Below, piece after piece: positions 35,209 through 44,998 of a stretch of 64,000 nucleotides of DNA. The stretch lies in the NCBI GenBank assembly GCA_029553505.1, contig JAKPKY010000165.1, positions 36,595-100,594 on the forward strand, given 5' to 3'. Numbering within the stretch: the stretch's first letter is position 1; each line of letters starts with the position of its first letter. The notes under the pieces are model-generated. The model searched no databases. It was given only the letters and a program-made list of their open reading frames with translations, and had not been told where the DNA came from. This DNA comes from Planctomycetota bacterium (GTDB taxonomy: Bacteria; Planctomycetota; Phycisphaerae; SM23-33). A program made the translations under genes and the position numbers.

Positions 35209-36798
35209 CTACCGTGCGTAGTCCACGCAGCGGACCTCGCGGACGAGCGTGACCTTGACCTCGCCGGGGTATTCCATCTCGTCCTCGATCCGTCGGGCGA
35301 TGTTGTGGGCGATCTTGGCCGACAGGCGGTCGTCGACGTTCTCGGCGTCGACGATGACGCGGACCTCGCGCCCCGCCTGGATGGCGTACGCCTGCTTGAC
35401 GCCCTCGAAGCTGGCGGCGATCTCCTCGAGCTTCTGGAGGCGCTGGACGTAGCGCTCGAGGGTCTCGCGCCGCGCGCCGGGGCGCGAGGCGCTGATCGCG
35501 TCGGCGGCAGCGATGATCGGCGTGTAGATGCTCGTCGCCTGCACGTCGCCGTGGTGCCCGCCGATGGCGTTGACCACCTCGTCGCGCTCGCCGCAGCGCT
35601 TGCAGACGTCGGCGCCGATCTCCGGGTGCCCGCCCTCGACCTCGTGGTCGATGGCCTTTCCGATGTCGTGCAGCAGCCCGCAGCGGCGGGCGAGCTGCCC
35701 GTTGAGCCCCAACTCGTCGGCGATCACCTGCGACAGGTACGCCACCTCCATGCTGTGGCGCAGGACGTTCTGCCCGTAGCTCGTGCGGAATTGGAGGCGC
35801 CCCAGCAGGCCCACCAGCTTGCTGTGCAGTCCGCGGATGTTCGCCTCGACGACCGCCTGCTTGCCCGCCTCCTGGATTTCCTTCTGGATGTCCTTCTCCA
35901 CGCCGGCGGCCACCTCTTCGATCCGCGTCGGGTGGATGCGCCCGTCCTGGATCAGTTTTTCCAGCGTGCGCCGGGCGACCTCGCGGCGGACCGGGTCGAA
36001 CGCGGAGACCACCACCACGCCCGGGGTGTCGTCGACGATCACGTCCACGCCGGTGGCCTTCTCGAACGCGCGGATGTTGCGCCCCTCGCGCCCGATGACG
36101 CGCCCCTTCATGTCGTCGGAGGGAATGTCCACCGTCGAGACGGTCGAGTCGCAGGTGTGCTCGGCCGCGTAGCGCTGAATGGCCGTCACGACGATCTCGC
36201 GGGCCTGCGCGTCCGCCCGGTCGCGGGCTTCCTCCAGGCGCTTCTGGACGAGTTCTGCCGTCTCGTGCTCCATGTCCTTCTCGACCTTCTGGAGTAGCTG
36301 CGCGCGGGCCTCGTCCATCGACAGGTTGGCGACTTTCAGGAGTTGGCTCTTCTGCTGGGCGATCAGCTCGTTGAGGTGGCGGTCCTTGGCGGCCAGCGCC
36401 TTCTCACGCTCGGCGACGGCCTTTTCCGCCGCGTCGGCCATCCGCTCCTTGGTGTTGAGCGTCTCGATCTTCTGGTCCAGCATGTCCTCGCGCTTGGCGA
36501 GGCGTTTTTCTTCCGTCCGCAGTTCCTGCCGGGCCGACTCGGTTTCCTTGTCGAACTGCTCGCGCCGGCGGATGAACTCGCTTTTGGCCTCGGCTTCGGC
36601 TTGGGCGATGATTTTCTGGGCTTCCGCCTCGGCGGCGGTCCGGCTGGCTGCCAGCTCCTTTTCCGTCGCCGCGCGACGGGCCTTTTCCGTATACAGCTTG
36701 ATTCCGAACCCGATCAGCAACCCCGCCAGCAGGGCGATTCCGGCCACCAGGATCATCTCGTTGGGGGTCATCGCCGCGATGAGCGCAAAGACATTCAT
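35209..36798 (-). CDS. rny: ribonuclease Y
   Basis: N-terminal TM helix, coiled-coil, KH domain ([15 protein letters not shown]), and HD domain (LLHDIGKA...GGHH). Confidence 0.95.
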   Translation of the reverse strand: MNVFALIAAMTPNEMILVAGIALLAGLLIGFGIKLYTEKARRAATEKELAASRTAAEAEAQKIIAQAEAEAKSEFIRRREQFDKETESARQELRTEEKRLAKREDMLDQKIETLNTKERMADAAEKAVAEREKALAAKDRHLNELIAQQKSQLLKVANLSMDEARAQLLQKVEKDMEHETAELVQKRLEEARDRADAQAREIVVTAIQRYAAEHTCDSTVSTVDIPSDDMKGRVIGREGRNIRAFEKATGVDVIVDDTPGVVVVSAFDPVRREVARRTLEKLIQDGRIHPTRIEEVAAGVEKDIQKEIQEAGKQAVVEANIRGLHSKLVGLLGRLQFRTSYGQNVLRHSMEVAYLSQVIADELGLNGQLARRCGLLHDIGKAIDHEVEGGHPEIGADVCKRCGERDEVVNAIGGHHGDVQATSIYTPIIAAADAISASRPGARRETLERYVQRLQKLEEIAASFEGVKQAYAIQAGREVRVIVDAENVDDRLSAKIAHNIARRIEDEMEYPGEVKVTLVREVRCVDYAR

Positions 36799-37459
36799 GG
36801 CACGTTCCTTTCAACTCACAGGCGGACGCGCCGGAAAAGGGAAGAAGGACCAAGCAGGCGTGGAGTTCCGAACCTCTCGGAACCCGGAGCGTTCAGGTCT
36901 AGAAGGTCACGTAAGCCTTACGTTCAAAAGCGGTTGGATCGTTACTCCCCTTGCGGCCGCGGAGGATGGCCCGCCGGGTCGCCCGGTACGCCTTCTGCGC
37001 TTCCGACGAGAAACACACCCCGCCCCGTCGGTCTGATCGCCGATTCCAACTCGCTTCTGTCCCACGGATTGCTGCGCTGGCTCATGGTGAACTCTATGAC
37101 CCGAAGGCCTCCCGTCTGAAACGGGATCAATCGACGTTCCGCGCCGCGGAAGCTCTTTGCCAAACTTCCCCGATCCGGGGCCGCTTCCGCCACGCCGGCG
37201 ACCTGTGCGAAAAGCGGTCGCTGAACGTCGTTTCTATGACGGCCTGCTTGTCGGTCTTTTTTCCCGGCCGTCACTACCTGAATTTTCCACACATCGGAAA
37301 TCCGGGCACTCAGTCCGCCCGGTCGCCGCCCGGAAACCCCAAGCGGTCAACGCCATGGTATCCCGTTTGCCCCAAGGTGGTCAAGGGCAAATGCGCCCCT
37401 TTTGACGTTCGGGGAACCCCGGCGAGAGAAAAAGTCGCAAGCACATAGGATCAATGGAG

Positions 37460-37714
37460 TTATGACTTGAAATACGCCGCGTTCTCCGCGGCGAATTTCC
37501 GCTGCTCGTCCGGCAGGTCCGACTCGGGAAAAATCGCCTCCGCCGGGCAGACGCCTGCGCACGCCCCGCAATCGATGCACTCGGCGGGATGGATGTTCAC
37601 GTGCGAAACGGCGTCCAGGCCTTCTTCGCCCTCGGCCGGGTGAATGCACGACACCGGGCAGACCGGCGGACACGACATGCACTTGGTGCACGCATCGGTA
37701 ACCACGTAGGCCAT
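37460..37714 (-). CDS. fdxA: 7Fe-type ferredoxin (4Fe-4S dicluster-domain)
   Basis: 84 aa from MAYVVTD with AGGAG RBS. CxxCxxC(P) and CIDCGACAGVCP cluster motifs. The upstream 63 residues of the ORF-table entry are rejected. Confidence 0.8.
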   Translation of the reverse strand: MAYVVTDACTKCMSCPPVCPVSCIHPAEGEEGLDAVSHVNIHPAECIDCGACAGVCPAEAIFPESDLPDEQRKFAAENAAYFKS

Positions 37715-37832
37715 GATCGGTCTCCTGTTGTTCCGGACCAGTATATCCTCCGACGGGCAAGGGTGAAAACCTTTCGTCGATGCGGTATAGTGTCCTGCGG
37801 ACGAGCGAAAAACCGCAGCGGGAGAGTGGCGG

Positions 37833-39026
37833 ATGAACCCAATCGGAATCGCGGCGACGGGGCTGGAGTTCCTGACGCGGACGAAGTTCCTGAACAATTC
37901 CATCGTCCAGTGGCTGGGGCTGCTGGGCGTGCTGCTGGGCAGCTTCCTCGCCGGACGGGTGCTGTCGTTCCTCCTGGAAGCCCGCGGGCGGAAGATCGAA
38001 CAGCGGGAGAAACTCTACCTGCTGTCGCTGACGCTGCGGAGCCTGTCCGGGCCGGTGACCCTGCTGGCGCTGGCAGCCGGGCTGTACCTGGCCTCGACGT
38101 TCCTGAACCTGTCCTACCTCGAGCAGGTCGAGCGCGACGGAAAGCAGGTGACCGAGCTCCACTCGCTCGAACCGTTCTGGCTCAACGCCTGCCGGACGCT
38201 GGCGGTGCTGGCCGTCACGTGGTTCCTCTTCCGCCTGGTGGACATCGTGGAGTTTTTCCTGAAGCGCTGGACCAGCCGCACCGAAACCGCCCTGGACGAC
38301 CAGCTCGTTCCGCTGCTGCGCAAGACGTTGCGCGTGTTCGTGGTGATCGTGGCGGTGCTGTTCCTGGCGCAGAACGTCTTCCGCTGGGACATCGGCGCGC
38401 TGGTGGCCGGGCTGGGCATCGGCGGTCTGGCGTTCGCGTTGGCCGCCAAGGACATGCTCAGCAACCTGTTCGGCTCGGTGACGATCTTCGCGGACCGCCC
38501 GTTCACGATGGGCGAGCTGATCGAGGTCGGCGGGCGCAAGGGCGTGGTGGAGGAGGTAGGCTTCCGCTCGACGCGCCTGCGGACGCTCGAGGGGCACCTG
38601 GTGACGGTTCCCAACTCGATCGTCGCCAACGAGACCATCGAGAACATCTCGCGCCGCCCGACGATCCGCCGCATCCTCAACGTCACCGTCACCTACGACA
38701 CCCCGCCGGAAAAGATGCGCCGCGCGGTGGAGATCCTCCGCGAGATGCTCGACGCCCGCAAGGACCACTGGCGCGACGACCTGCCGCCGCGCGTCTACTT
38801 CAGCGACTTCAACACCGACAGCCTGAACCTCATCGTCTACTACTGGTTCGCCCCGCCCGACTGGTGGGCGTTCAACGAGTTCAACCACGAGTTCAACATG
38901 GAGCTGCTCGGGCGGTTCAACGAGGAGGCGATCGAGTTCGCCTTCCCGACGCGGACGCTCTACGTCAAGCAGGATTCGCCGCTGTCGGCCGACGTGCGCG
39001 TCGCGCCGGGCGAACCGCCGAAGTAA
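37833..39026 (+). CDS. mechanosensitive ion channel, MscS family
   Basis: TM helices followed by the MscS beta-domain signature (SNLFGSVTIFADRPFTMGELIEVGGRKGVVEEVGFRSTRLRTLEG). Confidence 0.85.
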   Translation: MNPIGIAATGLEFLTRTKFLNNSIVQWLGLLGVLLGSFLAGRVLSFLLEARGRKIEQREKLYLLSLTLRSLSGPVTLLALAAGLYLASTFLNLSYLEQVERDGKQVTELHSLEPFWLNACRTLAVLAVTWFLFRLVDIVEFFLKRWTSRTETALDDQLVPLLRKTLRVFVVIVAVLFLAQNVFRWDIGALVAGLGIGGLAFALAAKDMLSNLFGSVTIFADRPFTMGELIEVGGRKGVVEEVGFRSTRLRTLEGHLVTVPNSIVANETIENISRRPTIRRILNVTVTYDTPPEKMRRAVEILREMLDARKDHWRDDLPPRVYFSDFNTDSLNLIVYYWFAPPDWWAFNEFNHEFNMELLGRFNEEAIEFAFPTRTLYVKQDSPLSADVRVAPGEPPK

Positions 39027-39050
39027 CGGACGACCCTGTGGAGAGTTTCC

Positions 39051-39872
39051 ATGGCGGCAGCACGCACGGAAGCGAGCGCCCCCGGCCTGGCCGGACAGGC
39101 CGCACTGCCCGACTGGCTACTCCACACCCCCATCGCCCACCGCGGCCTGCACGACACCCGCGCCGGCGTTCCGGAAAACTCCCTCGCCGCGTTCCAGGCC
39201 GCCGTCCGCGCGGGATATCCCATCGAGATGGACGTGCAACTGCTGGCCGACGGGCGGGTGGCCGTCTTCCACGACCTGTCGCTGCGGCGGATGACGGGGC
39301 GGCGCGTCCACCTGGCGGAGCTGACGGCCGGCGAGATCCGCCCCTTGCGCCTGCAAGACAGCGACCAGGGCATCGCCCTGCTGGACGAGGCGCTGGAACT
39401 CGTCGCCGGGCGGGTGGGGCTGCTGATCGAGACCAAGAACCACAGCCTTTCCGACCGCCGGCTGGAGCAGGCTGTGGAGACCGCGCTGGCGGGCTACGAC
39501 GGACCCGTCGCCGTCCAGTCGTTCAACCCGTTCTCGCTGCAATGGTTCGCGCGCAACCGCCCGGAGATTCCGCGGGGCCAGCTGGCGTACGACTTCCACG
39601 GCCAGCGGATGGCCCGCTACGAAAAATTTCTCCTGCGCCGCCTGCTGATGAACTGGGTCAGCCGGCCGGCGTTCGTGTCGTACCAGATCCGCTGCCTTCC
39701 GTTCGGGGCGGTGGCGCGGGCGCGGCGGCGCGGGCTGGCCGTGCTGGGGTGGATCTGCCGCTCGCGCGACCAGCAGCGCCGCGCCGAGGCCTGGTGCGAC
39801 AACGTCATTTTCGAGCACTACCGGCCGGCGAGAAACGCTCACCCGCCGACGGCTGGCGAACCGATGTCATAA
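39051..39872 (+). CDS. glycerophosphodiester phosphodiesterase family protein
   Basis: IAHRG (catalytic His-Arg), ENS, and EMDVQLLADG motifs of the GDPD family. Confidence 0.8.
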   Translation: MAAARTEASAPGLAGQAALPDWLLHTPIAHRGLHDTRAGVPENSLAAFQAAVRAGYPIEMDVQLLADGRVAVFHDLSLRRMTGRRVHLAELTAGEIRPLRLQDSDQGIALLDEALELVAGRVGLLIETKNHSLSDRRLEQAVETALAGYDGPVAVQSFNPFSLQWFARNRPEIPRGQLAYDFHGQRMARYEKFLLRRLLMNWVSRPAFVSYQIRCLPFGAVARARRRGLAVLGWICRSRDQQRRAEAWCDNVIFEHYRPARNAHPPTAGEPMS

Positions 39873-39903
39873 GCGGCCTTGCGCCGCAACCGGGAGACCC
39901 GTC

Positions 39904-40422
39904 ATGGCCAAGCTGCTGACCGACGAAACCTACGCCGTCAAGGGAAGGCTCGTGGGCGTGGACAACTCCGCGCTGGTCGGGCCGCTGATCACCCTCCGCG
40001 TGCCGCCCAACACCTTCGACCTCCAGCGACCGGCGAGCTACATGGACTTCGTCCTGCTGGACACCAACCGAAAGACGCTCCAGAAACGCATCGGCGTCGG
40101 CGACGAGCTCCAGGTCATCATCCACGCCGCCACCTCCAAGGTCGAGTCCGGCACGCGCAACGAGATGACGTTCGCCCTCCAGCCGCGGGGACAGTGCCAG
40201 AAAATCAGCCATTGCCGCCGCGTCTTCGAGGGCGTCAGCCCGATCAACGGACGGGTGGCCGACAACGACGGACACCACGTGCTGGCCGTCGACGCGGGCG
40301 TGCCCCTCGTCCTGTCGCTGCTGGAGCACAAGCCCTCCCAGACCCAGCAGATCAAGGTCAACTCGTGGATCACGTTCTGGCCGGCCCCGCCCACCCACGG
40401 AATCATCCTCGGGAAAGCGTAG
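39904..40422 (+). CDS. hypothetical protein (172 aa)
   Basis: Coding-like composition; no recognisable motif. Confidence 0.4.
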   Translation: MAKLLTDETYAVKGRLVGVDNSALVGPLITLRVPPNTFDLQRPASYMDFVLLDTNRKTLQKRIGVGDELQVIIHAATSKVESGTRNEMTFALQPRGQCQKISHCRRVFEGVSPINGRVADNDGHHVLAVDAGVPLVLSLLEHKPSQTQQIKVNSWITFWPAPPTHGIILGKA

Positions 40423-40436
40423 CAGCCCGTTGAGAA

Positions 40437-40556
40437 ACGGGCTGCTAGAGCAGGCGAGCAGGAGAACAGGTGAACAGGAGGAGCAATCGCTCCATCAAAC
40501 TTATGAAAACAGGCGATCTGCTCGCCTGCGGTCTCCTGCTCTCCTGTTCTACTGTT
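40437..40556. repeat. family-F inverted repeat (TAGAGCAGGCGAGCAGGAGAACAGG ... CCTGCTCTCCTGTTCTACTGTTCTG)
   Basis: The terminal 25-mer also occurs (reverse complement) at about 13775-13800 next to the 13805 terminator hairpin. Confidence 0.55.
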
Positions 40557-40609
40557 CTGATCGGAAGCTGGATAATACTTTGTAGAGGAGCGCATACGGA
40601 GGATCGGCT

Positions 40610-40789
40610 ATGAATCCGTATCTCGGGGCCGTGCTGGGCGCGCTGGCGGGGGCGGCGGGAGGATACCTGCTGTCGCGCGTCCGCCCCTGCGGCTCGCAGG
40701 CCTGCAACGTCAAGGCCCGCACCGCCTACTCCATGCTGGCCGGCGCGGTGTTCGGCGCCGCCTTCGTCTACTACCTCCTGACGCGGTGA
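40610..40789 (+). CDS. small membrane protein (59 aa) with PCGSQAC motif
   Basis: GGAGGA RBS 8 nt upstream of ATG 40610. Two hydrophobic, Gly/Ala-rich segments. Below the ORF-table length cut-off. Confidence 0.4.
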   Translation: MNPYLGAVLGALAGAAGGYLLSRVRPCGSQACNVKARTAYSMLAGAVFGAAFVYYLLTR

Positions 40790-40857
40790 TCCGGCTTTTC
40801 CTCCGCCCGCAGAGACTCCTTGCCATTTCCGCGCCTTCGGCGATACAGTCTTGCCAA

Positions 40858-40908
40858 CGCGTGGTTGCTCCGTTCCGCTGCCGCGGAACTCCGCAAACCA
40901 CGGCACCC
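40858..40908. repeat. family-C long-stem hairpin repeat copy
   Basis: GTGGTTGCTCCGTTCCGC-TGCC-GCGGAACTCCGCAAACCACGGCACCC, about 30 nt upstream of trpA. Confidence 0.65.
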
Positions 40909-40938
40909 GGACGGGAATTTCAACGAAAGACGGAACGC

Positions 40939-41772
40939 ATGAAGGCACTTTCGGACAATCGGCTGGTGAAGGCATTCGCGGAGTTGAAGGCGGCCGGCGG
41001 GAAAACCCTCCTGCCGTTCGTCACGGCGGGCTATCCCGACCTGGAGACGACAACCGCGCTGCTGAACGAGTTCGAGCGGCGCGGCGTGCGGGTCTGCGAA
41101 CTGGGCATTCCGTTCAGCGACCCGATCGCCGACGGCCCGGTCATCCAGGCGTCGTACACCGAGGCGCTGTCCAAGGGGCTGCGCCTGGCGGACATCTTCG
41201 AGGCGGTGCGGCGCTACCGCGCTGCCGGGGGCGAGTTGGCGCTGGTCGCCATGCTGAGCTACTCGATCGTCTTCCGCCGGGGGGCGGAGAAATTCCTCGC
41301 CGACGCCGCGGGCGCGGGCTTCGACGGCTTGATCGTGCCCGACCTGCCGCTGGAGGAGGCCGGGGCGTTCGAGCCCCTCGCCGCCAAGGCCGGCCTGGCC
41401 AACGTGATGCTCGTCGCCCCCAACACCCCGCCCGACCGCCGGGTAGAAATCGCCCGCCACTCGCGCGGGTTCCTCTACTTCATCTCCGTCGCGGGGATCA
41501 CCGGCGAGCGGACGCGTCTGCCGGAAAGCACGCTGCAGGCCGTCGCCGAACTCCGCAAGCACACCGCCACGCCCGTCTGCATCGGGTTCGGGGTGTCCAG
41601 CCCGGAGACGGTGGCGCACGTGTGCGAAGTCGCCGACGGCGCGATCGTGGGCTCGGCCATCGTCCACCGCATCACCGACGCCGTCCGCGCCAACGCCGGC
41701 CGGGAGAAACTCGTCGCCGAGACCGGCGAGTTCGTCAGCCAACTGCTGGCGCCCCTGAACCCGCGCGCGTGA
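40939..41772 (+). CDS. trpA: tryptophan synthase alpha subunit
   Basis: TrpA motifs (VTAGYPD; ELGIPFSDPIADGPVIQ; GFGVSSPE). Start at MKALSDN. Confidence 0.9.
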   Translation: MKALSDNRLVKAFAELKAAGGKTLLPFVTAGYPDLETTTALLNEFERRGVRVCELGIPFSDPIADGPVIQASYTEALSKGLRLADIFEAVRRYRAAGGELALVAMLSYSIVFRRGAEKFLADAAGAGFDGLIVPDLPLEEAGAFEPLAAKAGLANVMLVAPNTPPDRRVEIARHSRGFLYFISVAGITGERTRLPESTLQAVAELRKHTATPVCIGFGVSSPETVAHVCEVADGAIVGSAIVHRITDAVRANAGREKLVAETGEFVSQLLAPLNPRA

Positions 41773-41815
41773 AACGGTTTTCCGTTTCACGCGCAGTTTC
41801 GTCCCTTCAGACAGA

Positions 41816-41990
41816 AGAGAGCGGGATTTCGGGATTCCAGGATTCCCTCGATTCCGCAGCGGATACCGGCGGAACAGCCACCTCATTCATTCCTGATCTT
41901 TGCGTTTACAAACCAATCCGGGGCTAAATCCCTGATGGACGAACATCCGTCGTTTTTCAATCCCTGGAATCTGTGGAATCCCGCTCTCGT
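41816..41990. mobile_element. MITE-like element, family E (AGAGCGGGATTTC ... GGAATCCCGCTCTC)
   Basis: About 175 bp with the same 13-bp TIRs as 8937-9033. Between convergent trpA and rsmA. Confidence 0.6.
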
Positions 41991-42014
41991 TTCGTTCCGG
42001 AAGGCGCAGTGAAG

Positions 42015-42896
42015 TCACGGCCGATCGGAAAGGGCGTTGGCGAGGCGCAGGTATTGCTCGGGGGTGATTTCTTCTGGCCGGCTGGCGGGGTCCACGCCGG
42101 CTTCGGCCAGCGCGCCCGAGAAGCGATCCGCGTCCACGAACCCGTCGCGCCGGCGGGCGGCGGAGTGAATCTGCTTGCGGCGCTGCCCGAAGACCATCGT
42201 CAGCACCTGCTGGAGCACGTCGGCCGAGCGCAGCGCCGCGGCGCGGGCGGGGTCGAAATCGAATCGGACGATGCGGCTGGCGACTTTCGGGCGCGGCCAG
42301 AAGGACGTCGCGGGCACAATCGGCCCGGCCGTCACCGTCGCCAGCAGCGCCGCCAGCACGCTGATCGGCCCATACGCGCCGCTGCCCGGCGGCGCGGCGA
42401 ACCGCTCGGCCACCTCCTGCTGAACCGTCACGACGAGGCGTTCGAAGCGCGTCTCGGGCGCGTGCAGCGACCGCCAGGAGCACAGCAGGCATTCGGCCAC
42501 CAGCGGGGTGGCGATGTTGTACGGCAGGTTGGACACGAGGTTCGCCCTTGGGTCCACGGCTGCCAGCACCTTCGGTGCGATCGCGTGTTTGCCGGCCAGC
42601 ACGTCGCCCTCGATCAGGTGGAAGTTGTCTCGCCCACCCAGGCGGCGGCGCAGCAGGCGGCAGAGGTCGCGGTCGATCTCGGCCGCCACCACGCGCCCCG
42701 CGCGGTCGAGCAGTTCCTCCGTGAGCGTTCCGGTGCCCGGGCCGACCTCCAGCACCGTCTGGTCGCCGGACAGGTCCGCCAGCTCCAGCAGCTTGCCCAG
42801 CAGGTTCTTGTCGAACAGGAAGCACTGCCCGAACTGCTTGCGCGGGTGCATGCCAGCCTGGTCCAGCAGCTCGCGAATTTCCGCAAGGGTCTGCAT
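42015..42896 (-). CDS. rsmA: 16S rRNA (adenine1518/1519-N6)-dimethyltransferase RsmA/KsgA
   Basis: KQFGQCFL, VLEVGPGTGTLT (SAM motif I), and NLPYNIATP motifs. Start at MQTLAEIREL. Confidence 0.9.
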   Translation of the reverse strand: MQTLAEIRELLDQAGMHPRKQFGQCFLFDKNLLGKLLELADLSGDQTVLEVGPGTGTLTEELLDRAGRVVAAEIDRDLCRLLRRRLGGRDNFHLIEGDVLAGKHAIAPKVLAAVDPRANLVSNLPYNIATPLVAECLLCSWRSLHAPETRFERLVVTVQQEVAERFAAPPGSGAYGPISVLAALLATVTAGPIVPATSFWPRPKVASRIVRFDFDPARAAALRSADVLQQVLTMVFGQRRKQIHSAARRRDGFVDADRFSGALAEAGVDPASRPEEITPEQYLRLANALSDRP

Positions 42897-43011
42897 GGGC
42901 TTCCCGATGTTTGCCTTTCCGCGCCGCGGTGGGCGGCAAATTTCCGCTTGCCCCGCGTCCCGCGGCGCGCGACACTTCCGCCGCAAGTCTTTATAAACCC
43001 GAGCCCAGCGG

Positions 43012-44442
43012 ATGAAAAGGAACGAGATGAGTCAAAAACGCAATCTCGCGGGCTGGTGTTGTGCCCTCGTGACGATCGGGGCGGTGGTCCTTCCGGCTGC
43101 GGTCGCGTCGGCCCAGGCCGATGGGCGGAGAATCTACGACGAGCAGCTTCGCGTCGAACTCGACGAACAGGCGCCCCAGCAGCGGGAGATCGGCGCGGAC
43201 GTCGGCGGCTGGCTGAGCTTCGCCCTGTTCAGCTATGACGACGCGCTCGCCCGCAAGGTCCGCACGCTGCGCCAGTACCAGGCCCGCGCGTGGGCGAAGG
43301 CGAACTTCCGGGGCGTCCACCAGGGCTACGTCCGCGTGCTGTGGGGCTACGACGACTGGAACACCGGCGACGACCCGCTCGGGCGCGACGACGAGGACAC
43401 CGACTTCCAGCTGGAGCGCGCCTGGTACCAGCTCGACGTGGGGCGCTTGCTGGCGCCGGGGGCGGCGCAGCGCGGGCCGGTGGGCCTGAAGGTCAAGGTC
43501 GGACGCGATTACGCCCAGATCGGCAGCGCCCTGGTGTTGTCGCTCCCGCTGGACCTGGTGCAGTTCGACGTGACGGCCGGCGACTGGGAATTCAAGGCCC
43601 TGCTGGGCAAGAGCCTCTCCCACACGCGGAACCTCGACGACAGTGAACCCGTCGCCCGCCACATGGAGCGGTGCTTCTACGGCCTGGAGGCCGCCTACAA
43701 GGGCTTTGCCCGCCATCGCCCCTACGCCTATGTTTTGCTGAACCGCGACCACACCGGCGAGAAGCCCGACGACGCCTTCCAGAGCTACAAGTACGACAGC
43801 AACTACGTGGGCGTCGGAAGCGAGGGCGCGGTGCTGCTTCCGGACCTGCGTTACCTGGTGGAGGCCGTCGGCGAGTGGGGCAAGAACTACTCCGAAAACC
43901 AGGTCACCGGGCGCGACCGCGTCTGCGCGTTTGCGCTGGACGCCCAGCTGGAGTACCTCTGGCGCACGGCGATGCGCCCGAAGGTCTCGGCCGAGTACCT
44001 GTTCGCCTCGGGCGACAGCGACCGGCGCCTCAGCGCCAACTCCACCATCGGCGGGAACCTGGCGGGCACGCAGGACAACGCGTTCAACGCGTTCGGATTC
44101 CGCGACACGGGCCTGGCGCTGGCGCCCCGCATCTCCAACCTGCACCTGTATTCGCTGGGCGCGAGCTTCTTCCCGCTGGAGAAGATCGACCTGTTCCGCA
44201 AGATGGAGATCGGTACGAAGGTCTTCTTCTACCAGAAGCATCGCAGCGGCGGGCCGATCAGCGACACGGGCGCGACGAAGGATTCCCACTGGCTCGGCTG
44301 GGAGTGGGACGTCTTCTGCGACTGGCGGATCACGAGCGACCTGACGTGGACGGTCCGGTACGGCGCGTTCCGGCCCGGGGCGGCCTACCAGAACGACGAC
44401 TGCCGGGACTTCGTCTACACCGCATTCACCTACAGCTTCTAG
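43012..44442 (+). CDS. outer-membrane beta-barrel protein (alginate-export/AlgE-like family)
   Basis: Signal peptide, alternating amphipathic beta-strand pattern, and C-terminal ...FTYSF (terminal aromatic). Confidence 0.55.
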   Translation: MKRNEMSQKRNLAGWCCALVTIGAVVLPAAVASAQADGRRIYDEQLRVELDEQAPQQREIGADVGGWLSFALFSYDDALARKVRTLRQYQARAWAKANFRGVHQGYVRVLWGYDDWNTGDDPLGRDDEDTDFQLERAWYQLDVGRLLAPGAAQRGPVGLKVKVGRDYAQIGSALVLSLPLDLVQFDVTAGDWEFKALLGKSLSHTRNLDDSEPVARHMERCFYGLEAAYKGFARHRPYAYVLLNRDHTGEKPDDAFQSYKYDSNYVGVGSEGAVLLPDLRYLVEAVGEWGKNYSENQVTGRDRVCAFALDAQLEYLWRTAMRPKVSAEYLFASGDSDRRLSANSTIGGNLAGTQDNAFNAFGFRDTGLALAPRISNLHLYSLGASFFPLEKIDLFRKMEIGTKVFFYQKHRSGGPISDTGATKDSHWLGWEWDVFCDWRITSDLTWTVRYGAFRPGAAYQNDDCRDFVYTAFTYSF

Positions 44443-44449
44443 GAACAAC

Positions 44450-44998
44450 ATGAGATTGCACGGAAAGGCAATGTGGGCGGCGGCGCTGGCGGCGGTTTTC
44501 GCAGCCGGGTGCGGCCAGCCCGGGCGCATCGACGGACCGGCGGCGAAACTTCCCGCCGGCGAAAGCTCGCCGGCGTACCTGGACCGCGTGGCGGGGGGGA
44601 AGACCGTCTCGGAAAACGACGCCGCGCGCGGAATCCTCCTGCTGCTGGACGGGCAGGACCCGGCCGAGACGTTCCAGCAGCGCGTCGAGACCCTGCGGGC
44701 GCGAGGGATCGTCGACGCCTCGTGGGACTTCCAGGCCGACCGGGCCCTGACCCGGGGCAAACTGGCGTACATGATCTGGCGGGCGTGCAAGCTCCCCGGC
44801 GGCGTGACGCTGACGCTTGCGGGCCCGTCGCAGCGGTACTGCCTGCGCGAGCTGCAATACCGCGGGTTCATGGCCGAGGGCACGATGTTCACCCCCGTCA
44901 GCGGCATGGAGTTCCTCGCGGTGCTGACGCGGGCGGACCACTACTTGCAGACCGGGCAGGTGCCCGAGGTGCTCGGTGGAACGGGAGGTGCCCCGTGA
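44450..44998 (+). CDS. lipoprotein of unknown function
   Basis: Lipobox VFAAGC at the signal-peptide end. 8 nt after the OMP gene. Confidence 0.55.
   Translation: MRLHGKAMWAAALAAVFAAGCGQPGRIDGPAAKLPAGESSPAYLDRVAGGKTVSENDAARGILLLLDGQDPAETFQQRVETLRARGIVDASWDFQADRALTRGKLAYMIWRACKLPGGVTLTLAGPSQRYCLRELQYRGFMAEGTMFTPVSGMEFLAVLTRADHYLQTGQVPEVLGGTGGAP

Noticed and set aside
36799-37459. RNase P RNA / tmRNA in the long non-coding region upstream of rny
   Set aside because: Only a partial GGAAA-TCCGGGC resemblance; the obligatory ACAGAACCCGGCUUA-type P4 partner and tmRNA tRNA-like terminus are absent. Kept only as a generic candidate structured-RNA region.
37347-39919. Overlapping long ORFs (513 aa minus; 776 aa plus) across the ferredoxin/MscS/GDPD region
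   Set aside because: The MscS and GDPD frames carry clear family signatures; the alternatives are out-of-frame or antisense artefacts.
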